DNA of 26,664 nt from positions 1 through 26,664 of IMG/VR virus record IMGVR_UViG_3300031804_000245. One strand, given 5' to 3'. Origin of the DNA: a virus (lineage: Duplodnaviria; Caudoviricetes). Numbering within the stretch: position 1 is the first letter of the stretch; each line of letters begins with the position of its first letter. Below are positions 8,388 through 16,389 of the stretch, piece by piece. The notes under the pieces are model-generated. The model searched no databases. It was not told the origin of the DNA and was given only the letters and a program-made list of their open reading frames with translations. Both the position numbers and the translations under genes were made by a program.

Positions 8388-9035
8388 TTTACTTTTATAT
8401 TTTTCTTCATATAAATCTTCATAGTTGTCAGGTAATTTCAATTTGTTTATCGAAATATAATAATCTTTAAATTTATTATATGACTTTTTCAACAATGATA
8501 TATATTTTTCATCGACTAATGTAGGTTCCCACGGTGACCCTAATGCTAGAGTATATTTTCTTTTATTAGTTGTGTTCAGCATGGTGTGTGGCCACTTACC
8601 AGATATAATAAAAGGTTGGTTTATTTCATGTACTCGTAATTTTTTTTCTTTGGTAATAAATTCCAAATCACTTACATTTCCTTGCAACACATATCTAAAT
8701 TTGTGTTGTAATGTATTAAACTTATTAGGACTACAATCAATATGGGGTGCATTAAAATCACCTGGTTTTGTAGTAATAATAACAACTCTAGCTCTTTGCG
8801 ACCAAGGAAAAATAAAATCCTCTAAATATTCATGTAAAGAAGTTAAATGACTTGTTAACGACACCCAGTTATATTCCATAGAATTCTTATTCCCTCTTGT
8901 TATTGGAATATGATAACAAGTTCTATAATGATCTACACTCATTTCTTCATAGGGTATTTTATCAAGTTCTTCTATAATTTCTATAGATGGTCTAGGAATA
9001 TCTAAAGGTAAATAAAGTAATTTTTCTATATTCAT
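8370..9035 (-). CDS. cupin / Fe(II)-2OG dioxygenase-like protein
   Basis: ARVVII..PG....PHID (HxD) and a distal His in GKWPHTM, followed by KYTLAL. Confidence 0.6.
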   Translation of the reverse strand: MNIEKLLYLPLDIPRPSIEIIEELDKIPYEEMSVDHYRTCYHIPITRGNKNSMEYNWVSLTSHLTSLHEYLEDFIFPWSQRARVVIITTKPGDFNAPHIDCSPNKFNTLQHKFRYVLQGNVSDLEFITKEKKLRVHEINQPFIISGKWPHTMLNTTNKRKYTLALGSPWEPTLVDEKYISLLKKSYNKFKDYYISINKLKLPDNYEDLYEEKYKSKSRAKS

Positions 9036-10093
9036 TTATTAAATTCTAATTCTCTAGAATCAAACCCAGTATTTTCTCTGCTATTTTTTTCTGTCGGTAT
9101 CCAATTAGGTTTATCTTGCATATTGTAAATAAAACCATCTTCATTTATATTCTTAGATTCATAATAAGCAACAGTTGGATCAACTTTATTCTGTTCAAAA
9201 TTATACCAGAGAACTATTCTCCACAGTTCTCGTTCTTCTAAAACATCATCTCCTGATCGTTTATGGATACCTTGTGTTTGATCGTTTAAAATAATATCTC
9301 CTTCATCCCAATAATGAGTATAAATTACTCGTTCATCGTTGAGTAAATCAACCAGTTTATAAAACATATCCAAATTTTGTTGATTTGAATAACCTGGTAC
9401 TTTAATTCCACTACTCATAAAATAAGGAAAATATATACCCATTTTGCCACTTACTATATGGGGAAAAACTAAACGGTTAGTAAATTCTCTTTTTCGATCT
9501 ACTTGGGTGTATGGTTGATTGAACTTATTTCTGTTACTTACTTTATCTAAATCTTGCACTTCTTCTTTAGACCATGCATTATGAACAACAGCATCAGAGA
9601 AAATTCTACCATTTTTTCCTTTTTGATTAGTTCTGTATAAAACACTTCCTACTAAATCTAATTGTTCTTGTGAAGAAAGAAGTTTATACACCTTTTGACT
9701 ATTACTGTATATAGTTTGATTTGAATTATTACCTATTTCTTTACCATAAAATATGACTACCTCTTCAGGTTCCTTTGCTGTCATTCCATTACAATGCCAA
9801 TCAAGTTCACCCCGACTGAATAACCCTGCTTGTCCTTTATCATTGATAATTTTATTTGTTACCCTAACAATTTCAGGGTACTGTTTATGTACACACCAAA
9901 TTGGAACGTAGTTAACTATTCCATATAATGTAGATAATTTAACTAAATCTTCTGGCCGAATATCTTGTTGTTTAATAACAACTGTAATATTTGATGCTAC
10001 TAAAAATACTATTTGTTTGATTTCATCGTCTGTTGCTTTTGAAATATCTATCTTAACTTCAATAGCGCCAATTTCTAGAGTTTTAGTTTCCAT
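9032..10093 (-). CDS. TauD/TfdA-family dioxygenase-like protein (HxN variant)
   Basis: VVIKQQ, YPEIVRVTN, LDWHCN, HYWDEGDIILNDQ..GIHKR and RELWR match the TauD pattern. The start is probably ATG 10093, just after TATAAATA, rather than 10144. Confidence 0.8.
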   Translation of the reverse strand: METKTLEIGAIEVKIDISKATDDEIKQIVFLVASNITVVIKQQDIRPEDLVKLSTLYGIVNYVPIWCVHKQYPEIVRVTNKIINDKGQAGLFSRGELDWHCNGMTAKEPEEVVIFYGKEIGNNSNQTIYSNSQKVYKLLSSQEQLDLVGSVLYRTNQKGKNGRIFSDAVVHNAWSKEEVQDLDKVSNRNKFNQPYTQVDRKREFTNRLVFPHIVSGKMGIYFPYFMSSGIKVPGYSNQQNLDMFYKLVDLLNDERVIYTHYWDEGDIILNDQTQGIHKRSGDDVLEERELWRIVLWYNFEQNKVDPTVAYYESKNINEDGFIYNMQDKPNWIPTEKNSRENTGFDSRELEFNK

Positions 10094-10101
10094 AATAATA
10101 A

Positions 10102-10109
10102 TATTTATA
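10102..10109 (-). promoter_or_regulatory. T4 late promoter consensus TATAAATA, internal to the cassette
   Basis: Plus-strand tatttata at 10102-10109. It overlaps the upstream stop codon and lies 8 nt before ATG 10093. Confidence 0.65.
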
Positions 10110-11565
10110 GTATACTCTGCATATACTTCTTTGCTATTTTCCATTGCATATTATTAAATTGACTAGATTGCTTTTCGTTAAGTTTATCTTTAAACAATTC
10201 TTTACGTTGAATTTTATTCCTAATAATATAATCTACATCTTCATTAACATAACGTAATTTAATGACATCCCATCCTCCTACTAAACAAGAACCTCTATGT
10301 TTTGTTACATAATCTGATGCAAATTTCACAGCCTCTTTATATGTGGTATGTTCATTTGACCAATGACACCTTTGTAGTGGGTGTTCTAATTTTTCAGTAT
10401 ATAAAGTATAACCAAACTTAGTAGCATTGTTTGATATAATTGTATTATCACCAGGCGCAATCCCTAATGCATTAAGATTAAAATTTTGAGCAATCTGAGT
10501 ATTATCTTTTGTCCAATCAAGAGCTTGTTTTATTTCGTTCAGTGATTCAAATGGTAATCCTGCAATAAAATTATATGTATTATTTGATCCTCCTTGCTTT
10601 AATGCTTTTGTTGCTTTATGAATTTGATTTAAATCTGATCCTTTTCTAATTGCCTTTCTAGTACTTTCTTTAAAACTTTCAATACCCAATACTGAACCTT
10701 CTAGTCCTTGTGACAGCATTAATTTTATATGATGAGGGAAAGTAACAAGAAGTTCAGGTCTAACATAAGCACAAAATTTTATGGGAAAATCAAGTTCTTT
10801 AATTACAGCAGAAATGATATCTAATTTATAATCACTGTCATTATATGTATTGTCGGCAAACAAATAATTGGTAATACCAAACATCGAATGATTGTATACA
10901 ATTTCTTTGACTAAAGATTCTACAGATCGTACATAGTCAAATTTTTTCCTTCCTTTTAAATCATATGTGCAAAATGAACAATTAAAAATACAACCTCTAG
11001 CAATTTCAATTGGAAGTGGTTCATTGTATCTAATCATATCTTCTTTTAACCAAATAGTACCTTTGTTTGACATATCTGTTGCTGGATAATTTTTATTACT
11101 ATCAACTATAGAAACACCATCATGATCTATTTTATAGATTAAATCTTCTTTACCTTCTATGAATTTAACTACTGCAACCATTGCTAAATCACTATATCCA
11201 GTTATTTTAAAATTTATAGATTTATTTGTATATGGAGGTAAATTGGAATATCCCGAAGAGGAAATAGCAGTACCTCCTACTATTAGTTTAATATTAGGAA
11301 ATACTTTTTTAATTTTTTCAACTTCATTGATAATAAAATTGATTGTTGGTCTATTCATAAATGTAGTACTTAATCCCACAAAAATTGTAGAATTAGAGCA
11401 ATACATTAATAATAGTTTTTCTATTGCTGTCGAATCTAATTTAATTATTTCTTTACAAAAGTCAATAACTTTAACATTATAATCATTATAATGCAATTCT
11501 GTACGAATTCTATATGCCCCAATGGCTCTAATAGATGCACAGTCTGTGAAAAGTATACCGTGCAT
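10105..11565 (-). CDS. B12-binding-domain-type radical SAM protein
   Basis: N-terminal Rossmann-like region (IGAYRI, FVGLSTTF, LIVGG), then EIARGCIFNCSFC (CxxxCxxC), FADNTYN, GIESF and FIAGLPFES. Confidence 0.85.
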   Translation of the reverse strand: MHGILFTDCASIRAIGAYRIRTELHYNDYNVKVIDFCKEIIKLDSTAIEKLLLMYCSNSTIFVGLSTTFMNRPTINFIINEVEKIKKVFPNIKLIVGGTAISSSGYSNLPPYTNKSINFKITGYSDLAMVAVVKFIEGKEDLIYKIDHDGVSIVDSNKNYPATDMSNKGTIWLKEDMIRYNEPLPIEIARGCIFNCSFCTYDLKGRKKFDYVRSVESLVKEIVYNHSMFGITNYLFADNTYNDSDYKLDIISAVIKELDFPIKFCAYVRPELLVTFPHHIKLMLSQGLEGSVLGIESFKESTRKAIRKGSDLNQIHKATKALKQGGSNNTYNFIAGLPFESLNEIKQALDWTKDNTQIAQNFNLNALGIAPGDNTIISNNATKFGYTLYTEKLEHPLQRCHWSNEHTTYKEAVKFASDYVTKHRGSCLVGGWDVIKLRYVNEDVDYIIRNKIQRKELFKDKLNEKQSSQFNNMQWKIAKKYMQSIL

Positions 11566-11567
11566 TT

Positions 11568-12185
11568 TTAAATACCATACGTATTTTTAACAAGCTGTCT
11601 AAAATTTTTATTAAGTTTTGCATCAACTCTTACTGAATATGTAAAGGTTGGAGAGGGATCAATACCATGATAATCTCTGACATCTATCCAATTAATTTTT
11701 CCTTTAAAATATTCTTTTCTTTTGGTTTCAGAATCATACATATACAATCGTTTCTTATTTCCAAAACTAATGTTTAATAGTCTATCAAAATCTGGAACTT
11801 CTTGGCCATTAGTAAACTGGTTATCAATGTGTGTTGTAACTTCCTTATTAGCATCAATAGACATTATCATTGCTCTACCTAAACCTTCTATGGGTAGGTT
11901 GTTTATAAAATTAACTAATTTTGGAAATAATCTTATGGCCATTTTATTCCAATTTCGTGGTTTATAATAATCAACATCTCCATATGTTGTATCTTCAACT
12001 AATACCCATGCACTCCATTCTTTATATTTTTCACTAACAAGATCAAGTTCCCCTTTAGAATTTTTTCCAATGTAAACAGGTTTTACTTTTCGTATAACCT
12101 TTTCTATTTCAGTTGCAACATCTTCAAATATTACATTGGGATAGTTTAATAACTTATCTAAACTAATTGGTTTGCTATTTTTCAT
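11568..12185 (-). CDS. aspartyl/asparaginyl beta-hydroxylase-like Fe(II)/2OG cupin
   Basis: GRAMIM, TTHID (HxD), WIDVRDYHG (distal His) and YSVRVD. Confidence 0.6.
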   Translation of the reverse strand: MKNSKPISLDKLLNYPNVIFEDVATEIEKVIRKVKPVYIGKNSKGELDLVSEKYKEWSAWVLVEDTTYGDVDYYKPRNWNKMAIRLFPKLVNFINNLPIEGLGRAMIMSIDANKEVTTHIDNQFTNGQEVPDFDRLLNISFGNKKRLYMYDSETKRKEYFKGKINWIDVRDYHGIDPSPTFTYSVRVDAKLNKNFRQLVKNTYGI

Positions 12186-12924
12186 TTAATTGTTCTACAA
12201 ATTTTTGTTCTAATTTAGGACTTTCTGTAAATTCTGCTACTGCTAGTTCCCACGTGCCATCTATATTTTTTTCTCGACCACTCCAATTTTCTAATGTATA
12301 TTTATGATCAGAACGTGTACGTTCCCTGTTGTTAATTATATCAGGGTCTTGGGGGTTTATCCATCTTTCTGGAGTATTGCTCGCAGCATTTTTCCATAAA
12401 TCTAACCCACGTTTTCTAGGAGCATTTGGTGCTAAAAGTTCAAATCGTTCTCCATTTGAGGATTCAATAGTATGTAGATATTTGCTGCCATTAAGATACC
12501 ATATTGTACCATTGTCAACGTAAATTTTAGATTCAATACTGCCATCTTGAACTTTTATTTTGGCATTACCTTTTACAGTAATATGAAATTGACCATCAAA
12601 ATATGTTTTATCTTTATGCCAAACGCATATTTTTTCATTGCTATTAATTGTATGAGCAAGATAAACATACCCCAAATAATATTGCTTATCAGGATATGTT
12701 GTACAAAATATTTCTGAAAAATTATTTAATGTTTCGACAAATTTTTTGATTATGGGAATTTCTGAATCTATATAAAATCTATAGGTGTGGTAGTTACGAA
12801 AAAATTTACCACTATTATTGGACTTTTCAAAAATAGGACAAGTATTAATAATTTGATAACACTGATCTAAACACCAATCAGCATCAAAGTTACCAATGTT
12901 TGTATAGGTAGGTTCAATTTTCAA
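12175..12924 (-). CDS. aspartyl/asparaginyl beta-hydroxylase-like Fe(II)/2OG cupin
   Basis: VWHKD (HxD), FHITVKGN, DNGTIWYLNGSKYLHT (distal His) and ERFEL (candidate 2OG-binding Arg). Confidence 0.65.
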   Translation of the reverse strand: MKIEPTYTNIGNFDADWCLDQCYQIINTCPIFEKSNNSGKFFRNYHTYRFYIDSEIPIIKKFVETLNNFSEIFCTTYPDKQYYLGYVYLAHTINSNEKICVWHKDKTYFDGQFHITVKGNAKIKVQDGSIESKIYVDNGTIWYLNGSKYLHTIESSNGERFELLAPNAPRKRGLDLWKNAASNTPERWINPQDPDIINNRERTRSDHKYTLENWSGREKNIDGTWELAVAEFTESPKLEQKFVEQLNEK

Positions 12925-13522
12925 AACACTCTTTCCATTCTTTATGAGTTATAGACTCAAAGTTAAATATATAATTATCATTTAGTGTGCATAATGTAAT
13001 ATTTTGCCAGCAATATTTATGAACCGCAGATTGAAATTTCCTGGGGCAAGTAAAATACATATCTGGAAGTAATTTAAATGAACCATCAAGTCTTTCAGTA
13101 AATTTTTTTAAACTATACCACCTTCTAGGAAATTCTGTGGAAACAATTACTGCATCTAGTTTTCTTTTTTTAGCAACTTTCATTTGTAATGGAATAAAAG
13201 TGGAGCTCCATAAATGTTGCATACCATCTATGCTAGAATCATATCCTAAACCTTTACGTCTATATTTTGGATTTTTATATGTGCATTGCAAAGCTCTACC
13301 AACATTACCCCATCGTTTACTATATAATCCACTAAATGCTATGAGAGTATCGTCTTCTAACATTACATGAAAACAATCATAATCCCCAATTTCAGTTAAC
13401 ATTTTTTTGTAATTTTTTGCGTTATGTAAATTTTGTTTGTCTAATGTTTGTATTTCTTTTTCAATGATACGTAATATTGATGGCATTGGGTACTCAACAA
13501 TATCTTTAATAACCGTATTCAT
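12914..13522 (-). CDS. GNAT-like acyltransferase
   Basis: LIAFSGL strand and TYKNPKYRRKGLG (acyl-CoA-binding R/QxxGxG motif A). Confidence 0.6.
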   Translation of the reverse strand: MNTVIKDIVEYPMPSILRIIEKEIQTLDKQNLHNAKNYKKMLTEIGDYDCFHVMLEDDTLIAFSGLYSKRWGNVGRALQCTYKNPKYRRKGLGYDSSIDGMQHLWSSTFIPLQMKVAKKRKLDAVIVSTEFPRRWYSLKKFTERLDGSFKLLPDMYFTCPRKFQSAVHKYCWQNITLCTLNDNYIFNFESITHKEWKECFEN

Positions 13523-14375
13523 TTAATTTCACATCCTCAAAAAATGGAGCACATTTCCAATCTTTAGTAATACGTCCACGATATTCATTTTCAGAATCTA
13601 CTAAACCATCTTCATCAACTTGCCAATCAATAAAACGTATTAACACGTTTTTATATTCATATAATATAGAAGTTCCACAATTTTTAATTTGGTTATTAGA
13701 TTTTTTAATGTCAAATTTATTTTTAAAAATATTAACTAAGTCTTCAATTGCATATGTAGAATCTTTGCTCATACTACGTCCAAGTTGACCTACACTTTTA
13801 AAACGTAATATAGGTTTAACTTTTGGTTTATAATTTGTTTTTTCCATAATATTAAAAAATAAATTAACTTGGTCTTCTATTGTACATTCATTAATATTTT
13901 TCGCAATAATAGTTCCAGTATTAACAATCATATTCTCTAACATACAATTGCGAAGAGCTCTAACTTTTAAATTGGCATACTTACCATTATCTAATATTTT
14001 ATAAATATCATCATTATTAGCACCATTCATGGATATCAAACTAAGACGCAAACCAGAATCTTTAAGTTTTTTGACATACTTTCTACGTCCAAGTTTTAAA
14101 CCATTTGTGGTCAAACTAACTTTGTGTCCTAGTTTTTTAACATTACGAATTATATCTGGTAAATCTTCACGTATTGTAGGTTCAGCACCAATTAGTCTGA
14201 TATATGTTCTTTTAGGTAATTTTTCTAGAAATGAGTATAGTTTGTTAATATCCATATCGGGAATATCACGGTTAGGAATATAACAATTTGCACAGGACAT
14301 ATTACAACGATGAGTTATATCTGCAATTAATACATCGAAAATATTATTTTCAGGTTGTATTTTAAAATATTTCAT
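13506..14375 (-). CDS. radical SAM protein (MoaA/PqqE-like core, no evident SPASM domain)
   Basis: DITHRCNMSCANCY (CxxxCxxC), LIGAEPT, LTTNG and ISMNG. Confidence 0.88.
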   Translation of the reverse strand: MKYFKIQPENNIFDVLIADITHRCNMSCANCYIPNRDIPDMDINKLYSFLEKLPKRTYIRLIGAEPTIREDLPDIIRNVKKLGHKVSLTTNGLKLGRRKYVKKLKDSGLRLSLISMNGANNDDIYKILDNGKYANLKVRALRNCMLENMIVNTGTIIAKNINECTIEDQVNLFFNIMEKTNYKPKVKPILRFKSVGQLGRSMSKDSTYAIEDLVNIFKNKFDIKKSNNQIKNCGTSILYEYKNVLIRFIDWQVDEDGLVDSENEYRGRITKDWKCAPFFEDVKLNEYGY

Positions 14376-14390
14376 ACAAGAAATTAAGCA

Positions 14391-14747
14391 TTATTCTTTA
14401 AAAGGAAACGCATTCTGTACTAATGCCCCATCATCGAAAGTTACGACATCATTTATTTCTATTTTCATACTCCAATTACCACTAGACAGTGTTGTAGCGC
14501 AATCACTAATATGATTTCTCAAAAAACCGTCCTCGACTCTCGTACTTCTATAATTTGCATATCCTTCATTCGTCCATGTTCGAGTTTCAATTAGAGTTGA
14601 TGAATTTTCTAAAGTTCTATCAACATTTTCCATAGCTGAATCAGAAACATCATATGACAAAACTGACTGTAAATCATCTAAAGCATCTTCAGCACTATCA
14701 AAAGAGCCATCTTCTTTTGTATATGTAATTTTTTGTTCTACACTCAT
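14391..14747 (-). CDS. small acidic Ser/Thr/Asp-rich hypothetical protein (118 aa), first gene of the late cassette
   Basis: ATG 14747 (MSVEQKITYTKEDGSF...) lies 5 nt after TATAAATA. The ORF-track start at 14768 is upstream of that promoter. Confidence 0.7.
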   Translation of the reverse strand: MSVEQKITYTKEDGSFDSAEDALDDLQSVLSYDVSDSAMENVDRTLENSSTLIETRTWTNEGYANYRSTRVEDGFLRNHISDCATTLSSGNWSMKIEINDVVTFDDGALVQNAFPFKE

Positions 14748-14752
14748 ATTGG

Positions 14753-14760
14753 TATTTATA
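14753..14760 (-). promoter_or_regulatory. T4 late promoter consensus TATAAATA heading the minus-strand operon
   Basis: Plus-strand tatttata at 14753-14760, an exact match to the T4 gp55 consensus. Confidence 0.75.
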
Positions 14761-14794
14761 CATCCCAAATATGAAGAAAAATGTCAAAAGGGAC

Positions 14795-14823
14795 TTGATT
14801 TTTTGTTAAGGAACCTATATAAT
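14795..14823 (+). promoter_or_regulatory. sigma70-type promoter for the hsp20 leader
   Basis: TTGATT 14795-14800, 17 nt, TATAAT 14818-14823. Confidence 0.75.
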
Positions 14824-14839
14824 AGATATATGATTAGGA

Positions 14840-14938
14840 ATACGGGTCATCCCCGTGTACGGAGTTTTTGGTAGTTTTTAACCGTTGGTTCAGTTGCAAA
14901 TACCCTGATGGGAACATCTGAACCGAAAAAAACAACCA
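14840..14938 (+). ncRNA. candidate structured RNA (hairpin plus H-type pseudoknot with an inserted hairpin) in the hsp20 5' leader
   Basis: Pairings ATACGGG/CCCGTGT, ACGG/CCGT, TGGTAGTTTTT/AAAAACAACCA and GGTTCAG/CTGAACC enclosing CCC-TGAT-GGG. Confidence 0.5.
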
Positions 14939-14943
14939 CTTAC

Positions 14944-14996
14944 TGTATCGCCGAATGATCGGGATACAAAATGCAATCTTGCTTATTAAAGGAGAT
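14944..14996 (+). promoter_or_regulatory. ROSE-like RNA thermometer hairpins upstream of hsp20
   Basis: Hairpin TGTATC-G-CCGA-atga-TCGG-GATACA, then ATCTT-G-CTT-atta-AAGGAGAT, in which UUGCU pairs with the SD around a bulged G. Confidence 0.6.
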
Positions 14997-15002
14997 CATA
15001 AA

Positions 15003-15443
15003 ATGGTTACAAGCAATGCACTCGCTCCCTTATGGGACAACTTTCACAAACTCTCACCTCATATTGTCGGATTCGATAGGGTATTTGATACTCTGGGTCG
15101 TCTTCCTGATGCTGGGGTTACAGGGTTTCCACCTTATAACATCCGAAAGGAAGGTGACTATAATTACGTAATCGAAATGGCCCTTGCTGGTTTTGGCAAG
15201 AAGGACATTGAGGTTGAGGTGGCTGATGGAATTCTTACAGTTCGTTCTACAAAAGAGAATGCTGATAAGGATGATCAGGGTATGGCCTATCAGGGAATTG
15301 CGTATCGGAAATTTGTACGCAAATTCACGGTTGCTGATGACATCGTTGTGAACGGTGGAAAACTGGAAAACGGTATGCTCATGATTGATCTTGAACGTGT
15401 CGTTCCAGAAGAGAAAAAACCTCGTCTTATTGAGGTAAAATAA
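15003..15443 (+). CDS. hsp20: small heat-shock protein (Hsp20/IbpA family)
   Basis: FPPYNI, IEMALAGF, YQGIAYRKFVRKF, LENGML and VPEEKKPRLIEV. The AAGGAG SD supports ATG 15003. Confidence 0.95.
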   Translation: MVTSNALAPLWDNFHKLSPHIVGFDRVFDTLGRLPDAGVTGFPPYNIRKEGDYNYVIEMALAGFGKKDIEVEVADGILTVRSTKENADKDDQGMAYQGIAYRKFVRKFTVADDIVVNGGKLENGMLMIDLERVVPEEKKPRLIEVK

Positions 15444-15455
15444 TCTCATAAAATT

Positions 15456-15495
15456 GGGAAAGGGGGTTGACTTTAACCCTCTTTTCCTTTATTAT
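15456..15495 (+). terminator. intrinsic terminator hairpin overlapping a sigma70 promoter
   Basis: 13-bp stem GGGAAAGGGGGTT/AACCCTCTTTTCC followed by TTTATT. It contains TTGACT 15467-15472, 17 nt, TATTAT 15490-15495. Confidence 0.7.
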
Positions 15496-15519
15496 ATAAT
15501 AATCTATAAGGAGTGATTT

Positions 15520-16389
15520 ATGGGAGTTAAGATATTTGACGGCAGCCTCGATGATCTTGGGGGTGGTGTCATGAAAGAAAATACTGATCAAGAACAGGCA
15601 CTTGAAGATGCTGTTGCACTTAAAAGAGAAGAAGAGAAACATCTAGAACAAAATCATGGTATGAGGATTGCTTTACGACCAATCAAGGCATTAAACATTA
15701 TGAGAGTGGAAGTGCCTGATGAGATTGTTGATGAATTAAATGTTCACATCGATACTGTTATTATCCCTGCCAGTAAGAGTTATGCTTCTGGTCTTGTTGG
15801 CCAACTTAAAAATGATGAAAAATCTGCTCAACTAGAATTTCCTATGGACGATGAAGTTGGGTCTACATTAAAAACGATTTTAGATCAGGTAGGTACTACT
15901 TATCTCAAGGCAGCATATCAAAGAGATTCAAAGGCAGAGGTGTATAATTGCTGGACAAATCATGCATATGCAGGGGATTACAATCCTTTTCATGATCATG
16001 GTGTGAAAACTATGGCAGGACTATCTGGGTTTTTGTGGTTAAAAGTTCCTGAGTGTATTAAAAAATTAGATGGAGAGAATCCAAATATTAATAATGCCAG
16101 TGGTGCTGTTGATGGATTTACCCATTTGATTTGGGGAACAAATACCAGAAAAGATCTTCTACAACTCAAACCTCAAACTGAAGATTATATAAAACCAGAA
16201 GCAGGAGTGATGTTAATCTTTCCTAACTGGTTAAAACATCAAGTACTTCCCTTCTTTGGTGAAGGTGAAAGACGGTCAATGGCATTTAATTGGAATGTTA
16301 ATGATTCTGAAAGGGAGATGAAAAAATACATGAGTGATAATGAAAAGGAAAAGTATGAGGAACGAAAAAAAGATTCAGTACAAGTATGA
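15520..16389 (+). CDS. putative 2OG-Fe(II) oxygenase
   Basis: YNPFHDH, LSGFLWLKVP, FPNWLKHQV and ERRSMAFN. AAGGAG SD. Confidence 0.8.
   Translation: MGVKIFDGSLDDLGGGVMKENTDQEQALEDAVALKREEEKHLEQNHGMRIALRPIKALNIMRVEVPDEIVDELNVHIDTVIIPASKSYASGLVGQLKNDEKSAQLEFPMDDEVGSTLKTILDQVGTTYLKAAYQRDSKAEVYNCWTNHAYAGDYNPFHDHGVKTMAGLSGFLWLKVPECIKKLDGENPNINNASGAVDGFTHLIWGTNTRKDLLQLKPQTEDYIKPEAGVMLIFPNWLKHQVLPFFGEGERRSMAFNWNVNDSEREMKKYMSDNEKEKYEERKKDSVQV

Noticed and set aside
8572-14283. Plus-strand ORFs inside the minus-strand cassette (8572, 11159, 11722, 12329, 13137, 14029)
   Set aside because: They are antisense shadows with F/L/I/S-rich composition, while the minus-strand frames carry the enzyme motifs.
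14753-14787. Minus-strand TTGACA (14782-14787) as a sigma70 -35 for the cassette
   Set aside because: The spacing to TATAAA is 21 nt, too long for sigma70. The late-promoter reading fits better.
14859-14938. Assigning the leader RNA to SAM-II/SAM-V or preQ1-I riboswitch classes
   Set aside because: Only the topology and short words (UUUAACCGU, A-rich tail) resemble them. I could not match the conserved ligand-binding nucleotides by eye.
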